Shown in pieces: positions 26,641-39,031 of a DNA stretch of 64,000 bases. The position numbers were made by a program, and so were the translations under genes. Positions within the stretch are counted from its first letter, which is position 1. Each line of letters opens with the position of its first letter. Below the pieces are notes generated by a model. It saw only the letters and a program-made list of their open reading frames with translations. It did not search any database and had not been told where the DNA came from. The DNA comes from Octopus vulgaris (Eukaryota): NCBI GenBank assembly GCA_951406725.2, contig OX597815.1:6138001-6202000 (forward strand), given 5' to 3'.

Positions 26641-26716
26641 GTCACTGCCTGGAATTGAACTCAGAATCTTGGGGTTAGTAGCCTGCGCTCTTAACCACTA
26701 AGCCATATGCCTGTGA
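26641..26716 (-). mobile_element. tRNA-like (Pol III) head of the hammerhead-bearing element
   Basis: Minus strand: GGCATATGGCTTAGTGGTTAAGAGCGC..GAGTTCAATTCC; continues into (TAA)n and CATTGAAAAATACC. Confidence 0.7.
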
Positions 26717-26792
26717 GCATAATAATAATAATAATAATAATAACATCAAAAAATACATTAGGAATGAGAACCCAGGTTTGAAATTTCCCCAA

Positions 26793-26838
26793 GACACCTG
26801 ATGAAGGCTGGAGAGTATATCAGCCAAAATGTTGTGTT
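26793..26838 (+). ncRNA. Minimal type-I hammerhead motif (G12 mutated to A)
   Basis: GACAC-CTGATGA-A-GGCTG(loop)CAGCC-aAAA-TGTT-GTGTT. Confidence 0.65.
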
Positions 26839-27396
26839 ACCAACAAACAAGATGAGGACAAATATCCGTCAAATGTAAATAATGGAAATAATTCCTCATC
26901 TCTTAAATATAGAACTGAAAAGTTTTGTACCAGTTAACCACTGGGGTTGATGTTGTAGCGGTCGCTAGATAGTTGAATGATCTCCCTTGCAAGAAAGATC
27001 ATAGAATAACCTCCCTTTTCTAAGTTTCTTGAAGCATCTGTGTTATGAGACATGATTCTTAATTATTCAAGAAGCTTAGCATTTCTCTTGGGAGTTTCTA
27101 AAATGTCTAGCGTTCCATTAATAAAAACAGCTTGCTAACCCTGCTCTTCGCTTCTTATTCGATTAGACTTAGAGCCATTCACGTCATTGCTATGTCCATC
27201 TATTTCTCTATGCCACATGACTGAAAAACCACCACTTAGCTGTTGTTTCTATATTTCCTATCTCTCAACTTTCTTGCATAGATTACTTCATTCAACTAGA
27301 TTCTACACATTGATTCTATGTATCATCATCGACCAGTAAATAAAATATATTTTAATGTAGTAAATATATACCCCAAGTTGACTAAATAATAAAAAT

Positions 27397-27586
27397 GATT
27401 TCAAATTTTGTCACAAGGCCAGCAATTTCAGGGTGAGGGCCTTAGTTAATCACATTAATCCCAGTGTTCAACTGGTACTTATTTTATTGACCCTGGAAGG
27501 ATTTGAACTCAGAACATATATTTTGGAAGAAATACCACTAAGCAGTTAATTCAGCATGCTAACGATTCTGCCAGCTTGTTGCCTTA
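27397..27586 (-). mobile_element. SINE family B, old CpG-depleted copy
   Basis: Reverse-complement match with an internal deletion. Confidence 0.75.
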
Positions 27587-27772
27587 TGCTGAGTAAATAA
27601 TAATAACAAGAAGTGAAATATAACCTGTGTGTGTGTGTTGTTTATTGGCAAAATGACCCACCCAAGGTACAACAACATCTATTTCAATGTACTTTTATGC
27701 ATCAAGAATCTAACAAAATAAATAAAAGGAGACTAAAGTAACTTAATCTTAAATTTTTACATTTTTTTACAG

Positions 27773-27903
27773 GAAGATGTCCCATGATGTGTAGTTTCCA
27801 TGATAAGTCTTCTGTCTAAGAAGAGTCCTTTGTGATTTTGTGGGTGATTGAGCAGCTGGTTTTAGCAAGCAGAGCAACCACAGAAAGACTTCATCTTTGG
27901 CTG
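27773..27903 (+). other. Candidate non-coding (UTR/lncRNA) exon
   Basis: Acceptor TTTTTACATTTTTTTACAG and donor CTG|GTAAGT around 131 bp of unique sequence; stops in all three frames. Confidence 0.4.
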
Positions 27904-28304
27904 GTAAGTACCAGTTATATACTGTTGCTTATTCAATAAATTCTTTTACTCTTTTACTTGTTTCAGTCATTTGGTTGGGGGCCATGCTGGAGCACTACCT
28001 TTTTTTGTCGAAGAAATCAATTCCTGGACTTATTCTTTATGAGCCGGGCACTTATTATATCAGTCTTTTCTGCTGAATTGCTAAGTTACAGGGACATAAA
28101 CACACCAACATTGGTTGTCAAGCGATGGCTGGTGGGGGAGGGGGACAAACACAGACACAAAGACACACACATAGATATTACCTGTAAATATAAATTACTT
28201 TATTTCATGCTGACTACCTGATAAAAATCATTAATGTGATTTTATCCTTCATCATCATCATCATCATCATTTAGCGTCCGTTTATCCCACTATATTTCCA
28301 CGTG

Positions 28305-28448
28305 AGGAAAAGAAAGATGGACATTGGTCATGTGTGAGCAACAAGAGAGAGAAAAAGAGAAAGAGGTGAAGAGGAGAAAAGGGGACCTCTTTCTCTTTTT
28401 TCTCTCCTTCGTTGCTCACACGTGACCATCGTCCATCTTTCTTTTCCT
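28305..28448. repeat. Inverted repeat with ~63-bp arms
   Basis: 28305-28367 versus 28385-28448. Confidence 0.85.
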
Positions 28449-28527
28449 TCAGGACGTCCTAAGGACTGGACCTCTCCTATTTCTCTCTTCTATCTTTTCT
28501 CTTTACCCAGAGAAAACATGTGGAATA

Positions 28528-29565
28528 CGAAGAGGTACCCAAAAGTAACCAGAAATGTTCTCTGTGGGACAAACCCATTGTAGTTCAGGCTTCCACTGCT
28601 AGATGCCACTTGATGTGATCCTCAGGCATCAGTCTGCTTTAGGTGGGGTCGAGTGAAGTCGTACTGCCACATGGTGTGTCTTTGTTTTGCAGTACTTCTC
28701 ATCTGTTTGTTGGTTTTTGTGATGGTTGAAAGAAAGGAACAGCATGCGTACATGAAATTCTATTTTCTGCTGGGGAAATTGGCAGCTGAAACAGTTACCA
28801 TGCTTCAAAAATTACAAGGATGCTGCCATGAGCAAAGCACAAGTTTATGAGTGGTTTCCATGCTTTAGGAATGGTCACTTGTCGCTTGAAGACCAACCTT
28901 GTTTAGGGCCATCATCAACCTCCCGAATGAAAACCTCGTGAAAATTCATGAACTGATCTTGGAGGACTGCTGCCAAATTATCAATGAACTTGATATGACT
29001 GGTATGTCCTGGATCTCCTACCAATGAGTTTTGAGCAAGGAATTGCAAATGAAAAGAGTAGCAGCAAAATTTGTGTCCCACTTGCTTATTGGAAGATCAA
29101 AAGAAGTCATGACTAAATGCGTGTCCTGAACTGAAAGGACAGTTGGAAGTTGATCAGGACCTTTCTTCAAAGGTCATCACAGGTGACAAAAGCTGGTGCT
29201 AGGGAATTTGCAGATGTGGAAGAGGTGAAGAAAAAAAATGATGGCGGTATTAAAAGGCATCACTTCGCAAGAAATTCCAGAACTGCTTCCAACGCATCTG
29301 GACAAATGGAGAATGGAGAATACTTTGAAGGCAATAAAAGTGTAAACATCATCATCATCATCATCATCATCATCGTTTAATGTCCGTTTTCCATGCTAGC
29401 ATGGGTTGGACGGTTCGACTGGGGCCTGGGAAGCCAGGAGGCTGCACCATGCTCCAGTCTGATCTGGCAGTGTTTCTACAGCTGGATGCCCTTCCTAATG
29501 CCAACCAAACATGTAAAACTAATTGAATAAAATAATATTGCAAAATTCTTTTGGGTACCCCCTCG
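28528..29565 (+). mobile_element. Mariner transposon remnant, internally deleted, with an RTE tail inserted at 29348-29506
   Basis: TA|CGAAGAGGTACCCAAAAG...CTTTTGGGTACCCCCTCG|TA terminal repeats; fragments EQHAYMKFYFLLGK.AAETV.ML and KRVAAKFV. Confidence 0.85.
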
Positions 29566-29644
29566 TATATGGGCTGGATATGGCCAGTCTGAATATCAAA
29601 GGGTTAAGAACACATGTCTCTGTGGAGTACTCAGCCACATTTGT

Positions 29645-30035
29645 CTTTTACTTGTTTCAGTCATTGGACTGCAGCCATGCTGGAGCACTGCCTTGGAGAA
29701 TTTTAGTCAAACAAATCAACCCCAGTACTTATATTTTCAGCCTGATACTTATCTTATCAGTGTCTTTTGCCAAACCACTAAGTTACAGGGATGTAAACAC
29801 ACCAACACTGGTTGTCAAGCAATGATGGTGGAGACAAATACAAACACACACACACACACACACACGTATATACATACACAACAAGCTTCTTTCATTTTCT
29901 GCTTACCAAATCCACTCACAAGGTTTTGGCCAGCCAGAGGTTATCGTAGCAGACACTTACCCAAGGCACCGCACAGTGGGACTGAACCCGGAACCAGGCA
30001 GTTGGGAAGTAAACTTCTCACCACACAGCCATGCC
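29645..30035 (-). mobile_element. SINE family A
   Basis: Reverse-complement match, diverged. Confidence 0.8.
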
Positions 30036-30123
30036 TGGAGCCTAAATGTTTATTCAAGTGAAATTAGCAACAAAGTTTTGTGGAGGGAAATTAAAATAAA
30101 GTGTTAGAACAAATAAAATATAT

Positions 30124-30532
30124 GAAGGAGGAGAAGGAGAAGGAGGAGGAGGAGGAGGAGAAGAAGAAGAAGAAGAAGAAGAAGAAGAAGAAGAAGAAGA
30201 AGAAGAAGAAGAAGAGGGAGAAGAAGGGGAAGAAGAAGAAGAAAAAGAGAGAGAAGGAGAAGACAAAGAAGAAGAAGAAGAAGAAGAAGAAGAAGAGGGA
30301 GAAGAGGGAGAAGAAGAAGAAGAAGAAGAAGAAGAAGAAGAAGGAGGAGGAGGAGGAGGAGGAGAAGAAGAAGAAGAAGAAGAAGAGGGAGAAGAAGAAG
30401 GGGAAGAAGAAGAAGAAGAGGGAGAAGAAGAAGGGGAAGAAGAAGAAGGGGAAGAAGAAGAAAAAGAAGAAGAAAAAGAAGAAGAAGACAAAGAAGAAGA
30501 AGAAGAAGAAGAAGAGGGAGAAGGAGAAGAAG

Positions 30533-30562
<30 letters not shown>
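30124..30562. repeat. (GAA)n/(GGA)n purine tract
   Basis: Direct reading. Confidence 0.95.
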
Positions 30563-30564
<2 letters not shown>

Positions 30565-30772
30565 GTAGTGTGTGTGTGTGTGTGTGTAGAAGTAGTATTA
30601 GTGTCCCTGCCCCATGGATGTTACCTGACAGCTTTCTCTCTCTGTTTGGACTTTTCAAGAGAATTATATCAAAGAATGTGGAATCTGCCTGGCTTTCTGC
30701 CAATTTCACATTCTTCATTAACAGAACTACTTATTCCAGAAAAGGAAGGTAAAGTTGCAAAAATCACTCACA

Positions 30773-30784
30773 CCTTTCTTTCTC

Positions 30785-30859
<75 letters not shown>

Positions 30860-30919
30860 CTTCTCTTTCTCTCTTCCTTTCCCTCTCTCTTTCTTTCCCT
30901 CTCTCTTTCTTTCTTTCTC

Positions 30920-30981
<62 letters not shown>

Positions 30982-31176
30982 TTTCTTTCTTTCTTTTCTT
31001 TCTTTCTTCCTTTCTTTCTTCCTTTCTTCCTTCCTTTCTTTCTTCCTTTCTTCCTTTCTTTCTTTCTTCCTTTCTTTCCTTCCTTCCTTCCTTCCTTTCT
31101 TCCTTTCTTCCTTTCTTCTTCTCGTTCTTTCTTTCTTTCTTCTTTTCTTTCTTTCTTTCTTTCTTTCTTTCTTTTT
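30773..31176. repeat. (TTTC)n pyrimidine tract
   Basis: Direct reading. Confidence 0.95.
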
Positions 31177-31721
31177 ATCTCAAGCATTATTTTTTTTATT
31201 ATTATTTTAACTGCTCTTCCTTTTTGTTTTTTTTGGGGTTTTTTTTATGGGTTTTATTCTTTCTGAGTCCTTCTGCTCCATCGCTCCATAGGTACAGCAT
31301 GCCAAAGTTTGGGAAAGACAAAGGTGGAAGAGGAGGAGGAGGAGGAGGAGGAGGAGGAGGCAGAAGAGAAGGAAAAAAAGATTTAAAACAATCCAGACTG
31401 TAAATCTTAAGGCAAAATGAAAATATTCACAGAAGACTGAGAAAGAGGGAGAGAGAGGAAGAGAGAGATAGAGGGATACATAGAGGGCTACATAGGGAGA
31501 GAGAGAGAGAGACAGAGACACAGAGAGACAGAGACATAGAGAGAGAGAGACATAGAGAGAAGGAGACATAGAGAGAGAGAGAGATAAAGAGGAAAAGAGA
31601 GAAAAAGAGAGATACAGAGAAAAAAAGTTACATCAGTTTTACTAAGAGAAATATAAAAATTTCTGCTTCTAGTTAAGTAGCGATAACAAATGTATGTCAG
31701 ACTGCCCTGTTCAGATGCAAT

Positions 31722-31754
<33 letters not shown>

Positions 31755-31771
31755 GTCTGTCTGTCCGTCTC

Positions 31772-31805
<34 letters not shown>

Positions 31806-32176
31806 CATCTATCTATCTCACTAGCTACCAAGGTATCCACCCATCTGTCTGTCTGTCTCTATTTATCTACCAGATATTTGTCTGTTAGTCTATCTAGAAG
31901 TCCATCTTTCTACCTATCTGTCTATCTATCTATCTGTCTGTCTGTCTGTCTGTCTGTTTGTCAGTCTGTCTGTCAGTCTGTCCGTCTCTCTATCTGTCTG
32001 TCAGTCTATTTATCTATCTCACTAACTGCCAAGGTATCCACCCATCTGTCAGTCTCTCTCTATCTATCTACCAGATATTTGTCTGTTAGCCTAACAGTTT
32101 ATCTCTCTACCTATCTGTCTGTCTATCTATCTATCTGTCTGTCTGTCTGTCAGTCTATCTGTCAGTCTTAGTCTGT

Positions 32177-32500
32177 GAAGGCACGTGGCTTAGTGGTTAA
32201 GGCATTCGACTCACAGTCATAAGGTGATGAGTTCAGTCCCCGGTGACTCGTTGTGTCCTTGAGCAAGACACTTTATCTAACATTGCTCCAGTCCACTCAG
32301 CTAGTAAGAATGACTTGTACCTGTAATTCAAAAGAGCCAGCCTTGTCACATTCTGGGTCACGCCGAATCTCCCTGAGAACTACACTAAGAGTACACGTGT
32401 CTGTGGAGTACTCAGCCACATGCATGTAAATTTCACGAGCAGGCTGTTCTGTTGAGCGGATCATCTGGAAGCCTCGTCTTAACTGACAGAGTGCCAACAA
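32177..32500 (+). mobile_element. tRNA-derived SINE family C (CORE/V-like centre); tail also at ~54933-55078 on the minus strand
   Basis: TGGCTTAGTGG A-box, GAGTTCAGTCCC B-box, TGTGTCCTTGAGCAAGACACTT core. Confidence 0.8.
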
Positions 32501-32539
32501 GTCCTATCTGTCTATCTGTCTATTAGTCTTTCTATTGTA

Positions 32540-32955
32540 GGGCGACATGCTGTGCTTGAGGAGACCTATTGAGTCAAGTACTTCAACATCAACAGCAATA
32601 ACAAAATCATATCAAATGGAAATTGTAGTTGTGACCCCCGTGCCGGTAGCATATAAAAACCACCATCCAAAAGTGGCCGATGCCAGTGCTGCTTTGACTG
32701 GCTTCCATGTCAGTGGCATGTAAAAAGCACCATCTGATCATGGTCGATGCCAGCTCCTCTGGCCCCTGTGCTGGTGGCATGTAAAAAAGCACCCTTGTAG
32801 TGGTTGGCGTTAGGAAGGGCATCCGGCTGTAGAAACACTGCCAGATCAGACTGGAGCCTGGTGCAGCCTCCTGGCTTCCCAAACCCCAGTCAAACCCATG
32901 CCAGCATGGAAAGCGGACGTTAAACGATGATGATGATGATGATGATGATGATGAT
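32540..32955 (+). mobile_element. RTE LINE 3'UTR
   Basis: UTR units and (GAT)n. Confidence 0.85.
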
Positions 32956-32956
32956 C

Positions 32957-33842
32957 AGACTGCAAGCATCTTGAGAGAAAAGTTGGGCATAGGAGGCATC
33001 AGATGTGGTGTGCAAGAGAGACGACTGCACTGGTATGGTTATGTGATGTGTATGGACAAGGACAGCTGCTTAAAGAAGTGCTGATCTCTAACTGTGGAGG
33101 GAGCCTGTGGCAGAGGTAGACTCAGGAAGATATGGGATGAAGTGGTGAAGCATGATCTTTGACCTCTGAGCCTCACAAAGATAATGACTAGTGACCGAGA
33201 CCTTTGGCGATATGCTGTGCTTGAGAAGACCCATCAAGCCAAGTGAAATTATGGTCATGGTTGATGCTGGTGTTGTGTAACTGGCACCTGTGCCACTGGC
33301 ATCTGTGCCACTGGCACCTGTGCCAGTGGCACGTAAAAAGCACCTTTCGAGTGTTGTGACTCACGGAAGCAAAGTGGCTGAGTTCCTTTCAGGTGTTGGG
33401 CCTCGAGTAGAGGCAATGACCAAGATCTTTGGCATTATGTCGTGCTTGAGAAGAAGACCCATCAAGCTGAGCAAAACCACAGTCATGGCAGATACCAGTG
33501 TCACACATAAAAGCACCCAATACACTCTCAGAGTGGTTGGCATTAGGAAGGGCATCCAGCCATAGAAAACCATGCCAAATCAGACAGGGGTCTGGTGTAG
33601 CCTTCCAGCATGACAGCCCTGGTCAAACCATCCAACCCATGCCTGGTGTCACACAGATGGCACCCATGACGGTGGCACATAAAAGTACCCATTACACTCC
33701 CGGAGTGGCTGGTGTTAGGAAGGGCATCCAGCCATAGAAAACCATACCAAATCAGACTGGGGTCTGGTGCAGCCTTCCAGCTTACCAGCTCTGGTCAAAC
33801 TATCCGACCCCTGTCTGATGTTAAATGACGATGATGATGATG
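32957..33842 (+). mobile_element. RTE LINE ORF2 C-terminus and 3'UTR with a duplicated terminal module
   Basis: LREKLGI..VQERRLHWYGYV..GRGRLRKIWDEVVKHDL; terminal module at ~33495-33642 and ~33670-33810. Confidence 0.85.
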
Positions 33843-34962
33843 GTAGTGGTGGTGGCGACGGCGGCGGCGATCACAACAACGATGATGATAATGATGATGA
33901 TGATCTATCCATCTACCTAATTATTCACCTCCCTTCCCATCCATCCTCCTATCCACAGCAGGAATCGATGCTTCTTTCTATGTTGGACAGAGAACAATTG
34001 ATATTATTACAAAATGCAGGCTGGAATCTACGAGATTGCAAGAAAGTATTCGATTGATTTTTATTTTTATAAACTTTTAAAGAGAACGGGGAATAAAGAA
34101 CTCCAGCTGCTTCACACCATGTGATTTACCATTTAACGAAGGAAGGGGATTGATCGATAATGATGCAAGATCGATAGGAAAAAGTCTAAATTTTCACCTG
34201 TGTTGGTAAAAATAATTGCCAAATTTTTCTTCCCGTTGGAAGAATTTTGTTTTCTTTTATTTGTTTGTTGTAGAAATGGTAATTGAAGGAGAAGGGAAAG
34301 GGTCGGAGCTTGTGTGGTTTTGTACATCGAAGGTCGGCGTAACTGATTTTCCAGGTTGGTTTTCCGTCAGGTGATGGGTCTGTTGTGGGGTGGGGTGGGG
34401 GTGGGGGGTAACATGGGGAAGGAGTGAGAGTTCCTGAGGGTTAGGGTTCTGGCTTTGAGGAATCACCACCACCACCGTCACTACCATGGTGCTGGGGCAC
34501 CGCCTTGGAGAAATTTTAGTAAAAATGAATCGACCCCAGGACTTACAAAGCCTGGTACTTATTCTATCAGTCACTTTTGCCAAACCACTAAGTTACTCAG
34601 ATGTAAACACACCAACACTGGTCAAGTGGTGGTGGGGGCAGACAATCACACACACACACACATACATACAACAGGCTTCTCTCAGTTTCTGAGGCTATAA
34701 TAGTGGACTTTGTACAACAGCCTTGGGTCAACCAAAGTTTTCCCAGTGGATTTGGTAGGCAGAAACTGAAAGAAGCCCATCATGTATATATAGGCATGGC
34801 TGTGTGGTAAAAAGCTTGCCTCCCAACCACATGGTTCCAGGTTCAGTCCCACTGCGTGGCACTTTGGGCAAATGTCTTCTACTATAGCCTCGGGCCGACC
34901 AAAGCCTTGTGAGTGGATTTGGTAGAGAGAAACTGAAAGAAGTATATATGTATATATATATA

Positions 34963-36161
34963 CAGGGGTTGGCCAAAATAATGGAAACACCTTAAAATTT
35001 CAAACAAATTTTTTTTAATATGGGGTAGGACCGTCTTTGGCAGTAATTACAGCTTGAATTCTACGAGGTATGGTCTCATACAAAGTTTGAATTGCTTCCA
35101 AAGGAATTTTTGTCCATTCTTCAGCTAAAACAGTCTCCAGTTCTTGTAGTGATGATTGTGGAGGATATCGACTCCTTACTTGTTTTTCTAAAATGCACCA
35201 TAAATGTTCAATAATATTTAGATCTGGGGACTGTGGTGGCCAGATAAGATGTTCAACTTCACTAGAATGTTCCTCGTGCCATTCAGTAACAATTTTAGCT
35301 GTGTGAATTGGTGCATTATCGTCATGAAAGATTGAATTTCCCTCCGGAAACAGTTCCGCAACCATAGGATGAATTTGATCAGATAAAATGTTTAAATAGT
35401 CTTGACTATTAATTCTGCCATGCAGGGAAACCATTGGGCTGGTGGATTTCCAAGATATAGCCCACCAGAACATCACAGATCCTCCTCCATGTTTAACAGT
35501 TGGAAGAAGGCAGTCTGTGTCAAATGCTTATTTTGGCTGTCTCCACACATAGACTCGGCCAGTGGTCAGAAATAAAGTAAAGCATGACTTATCCAAGAAA
35601 ATAACCTTCTTCCACTACTCTAGGGGCCAATTTTGTAGGTTTTTACTCCACTCTAAACACTTTGCAACGTTTGTTTTTGAAAGTAGTAGTTTTCTGATTG
35701 CAGCTCTCTCATGGAATCCAGCTTTATGCAGCTCCCACCAAACGGCTTTTTGTGGAAACTGGGTTCTCGAGGTGGTCTCTATCTGAAAGTTTGGGTTTAC
35801 TTCCAGAGTTTTGTTTCGACGAGGGGGCTTTTTTCCTCTTTCTCAAAGGCTGTCATTACTTTCAAGAGAGTACTTCTTGATACACCAAACATTTCAACTG
35901 TTTTCATTATGCTTAGTGCCTGCCATACGAGCACCAACAATTTGACCTCATGAAAGTCCGAAAGATCTGTCATTTTAATGAATTTTAATTACTTTTTTCC
36001 TGATAATATCTGAAAAGAAAGAGTAATTTTAGCAAAACATTTTAAGCAACAGTAATAATAAATCAAAAACGATAAAAATAAACAAGTTTTTGACGGTTTT
36101 ATAGATACTTCAAAACTATGATGCTATGATGCTAGATGTTGCCATTATATTGTCCAAAATG
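34963..36161 (-). mobile_element. Tc1-like DNA transposon, degenerate
   Basis: ORF 35015-35476 IFHDDNAPIHTAK..WPPQSPDLNIIEHLW..GPTPY; TA|CAGGGGTTGGCCAAAATAATGGAAACAC with a degenerate inverted copy near 36136-36161. Confidence 0.9.
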
Positions 36162-36169
36162 TATATATG

Positions 36170-36229
<60 letters not shown>

Positions 36230-36313
36230 CATTTATGTGAGTGTGATGTATATATATATATATGTATGTATGTACATATATATATAATGTTTTTATGTAA
36301 ATTCTCACTATAT

Positions 36314-36475
36314 ACGACAGGCTTCTTTCAGTTTCAGTCTGCCAAATCCACTCACAAGGCTTTGGTCAGGCCGTGGCTCTAGCAAAAGACACTTGCCCAA
36401 GATGCCATGCAGTGGGATTGAACCCGGAACTATATGGTTAGTAAGCAAGCTACTTACCACACAGCCACTCCTGTG

Positions 36476-36478
<3 letters not shown>
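36314..36478 (-). mobile_element. SINE family A head
   Basis: Reverse-complement match. Confidence 0.85.
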
Positions 36479-36541
<63 letters not shown>

Positions 36542-36689
36542 CATACATATATATATTTATAATATATATATATATATATATACATACATATATATATTTA
36601 TTAATATATATATATATATATATACATACATATATTTATAAATATATATATATATATATACATACATATATTTATAAATATATATATAT

Positions 36690-37208
36690 AAATCAAAATC
36701 AAAATCAAACCAAATCAAAATAGATGAACATCAATGGAATTTGTATCCTTGTGGTACCAGTGCCGGTGGCACATAAGAAAACCATCCGAACGTGACCGTA
36801 GCCAGTACCGCATTGACTGGCCTCCGTGCTGTGGACACGTAACAAACACCATCCGATCGTGGCCGTTCGCCAGCCTCGTCTGGCACCTGTGTCGGTGGCA
36901 CATAAAAAACACCATCCAAGCGTGGCCGTCTGCCAGCCTCGTCTGGCACCTGTGTCGGTGGCACATAAAAAACACCATCCGAGCGTGGCCGTTCGCCAGC
37001 CTCGTCTGGCACATGTGTCGGTGGCACATAAAATCACCCACTACACTCTCGGAGTGGTTGGCGTTAGGAAGGGCATCCAGCTGTAGAAACACTGCCAGAT
37101 CTGACTGGCCTGGTGCAGCCTTCGGGCTCCCCAGACCCCAGTTGAACCGTCCAACCCATGCTAGCATGGAAAGCGGACGTTAAACGATGATGATGATGAT
37201 GATGATGA
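36690..37208 (+). mobile_element. RTE LINE 3'UTR, young, with 65-bp tandem units
   Basis: Near-identical CACCATCC..GTCGGTGGCACATAAAAA units; (GAT)n tail. Confidence 0.88.
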
Positions 37209-37217
37209 TATATATAT

Positions 37218-37631
37218 AGGGGTGGATGTGTGGTAAGTAGCTTGCTAACCAACCACATGGTTCCGGGTTCAGTCCCACTGCGTGGCATCTTGGGCAAGTG
37301 TCTTCTGCTATAGCCCCGGGCCGACCAATGCCTTGTGAGTGGATTTGGTAGACGGAAACTGAAAGAAGCCTGTCGTATATATGTATATATATGTATGTGT
37401 GTGTGTTTGTGTGTCTGTGTTTGTTCCCCTAGCATTGCTTGACAACCGATGCTGGTGTGTTTACGTCCCCGTCACTTAGCGGTTCGGCAAAAAGAGATCG
37501 ATAGAATAAGTACTGGGCTTACAAAAAGAATGAGTCCCGGGGTCGAGTTGCTCGACTAAAAGGCGGTGCTCCAGCATGGCCGCAGTCAAAATGACTGAAA
37601 CAAGTAAAAGAAAGAAAAGAAAGAAAGAAAG
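37218..37631 (+). mobile_element. SINE family A, full length
   Basis: Consensus match. Confidence 0.92.
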
Positions 37632-37641
37632 ATATATATAC

Positions 37642-37814
37642 ATACTGGAGTAAACACATAAATGTGAAACAAGGTGGAAAAAAAGAGTACTCAAATACCA
37701 GTGGTAGAGTAATATGCTTTATTTAAAGCAGCAGAAAATTCTACAAAACCTGTTACGGCAACGCGAAACTCAGAGTAACAGGCTTTGTAGAATTTTCTGC
37801 TGCTTTAAATAAAG
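37642..37814. mobile_element. Hammerhead-associated repeat in an inverted (Penelope-like) arrangement
   Basis: Arms 37717-37756 and 37775-37814; the loop holds the HHR 3' half GGCAACGC-GAAA-CTCAGAGTA; same family as 56548-56697. Confidence 0.8.
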
Positions 37815-37839
37815 TATATATATACATATATATATATAT

Positions 37840-38235
37840 CATCATCATCATCATCATCGTTTAACGTCTGTTTTCCACGCTAGCACGGGTTGGATGGTTC
37901 GACCAGGGTCTAGGAAGCCAGGAGGCTGCACCAGGCTCCAGTCTGATCTGGCAGTGCTTCTACAGCTGGATGCCCTTCCTAACGCCAACCACTCCACGAG
38001 TGTAGTGGGTGCTTTTTACGTGCCACCTGCACAGGTGCCAGGGGGGTCTGGCATCGGCCACGATCGGTTGGTGCTTTTAACGTGCCTCCAGCACGGAAGC
38101 CAGCGAAGGCAGCGCTGGTATCGGCCATGATCGGATGGTGCTTCTTATGTGCCACCGGCACAGAAGCTAGTTGAGGTGGCGCTGGCAACGGCCACGTTCG
38201 GATGGTGCTTTTATGTGCCAGTGCTTTTTATGTAC
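37840..38235 (-). mobile_element. RTE LINE 3'UTR
   Basis: Reverse-complement match. Confidence 0.85.
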
Positions 38236-38612
38236 CATATATATATATATATATATGTATGTTTATATACTCACACAGACACACACACACAAATGAGAGA
38301 GAAAGACAGAGTTTAAGCAAAGCAGATATTATTGTAAGAAATCTTGTTTCTGAAATTCTCCAAGAGATTAAGGAACCTGACTAAATATACACCATTATCC
38401 AGAATCTGATTAACTGACTTGAGATATTCCACCTGAACTCTCGTTCTCTCGTTTAACGCTGTTAGAGTCATTTAGCCTCTAATTATGCATCAAAGATAGA
38501 CACCTGGTTTGGCTTTTGCAAGTTTCAGTTTACCTTGAAAGAATTACAAACCATTTTGTGGAAGCAAACATTCGCATTTATTTTCCTTTATATTTAATCC
38601 CAATGATAAAAT

Positions 38613-38644
38613 GCATATATATATACATACACACACACACATAC

Positions 38645-38697
<53 letters not shown>

Positions 38698-38781
38698 TAC
38701 ATATATATACATATATATGTACATATATATATATATATATATTTATTTATATATTTATATATGTATATATGTATATATATG

Positions 38782-38815
<34 letters not shown>

Positions 38816-38870
38816 TATATATACATACATACATATATATACATATATATACATATATATATATATACAA

Positions 38871-38901
<31 letters not shown>

Positions 38902-39031
38902 AAACAGAATACAAATAAATATATACATATACATATATATCTATATGTATGTAAGTATGTACACACACACACACACATACATATATATCTCCTTATGTAT
39001 GTACACACACACACACACACACATACATACA
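38613..39031. repeat. (TA)n/(CA)n low-complexity tract
   Basis: Direct reading. Confidence 0.9.

Noticed and set aside
26641-26716. Functional tRNA gene
   Set aside because: Acceptor and anticodon stems do not pair properly and it runs into (TAA)n; treated as a SINE head
30054-31266. Poly-Lys/Leu/Ser/Phe ORFs
   Set aside because: They are translations of GAA and TTTC microsatellites
34437-34448. GGGTTAGGGTT telomeric seed
   Set aside because: Only about two units; chance level
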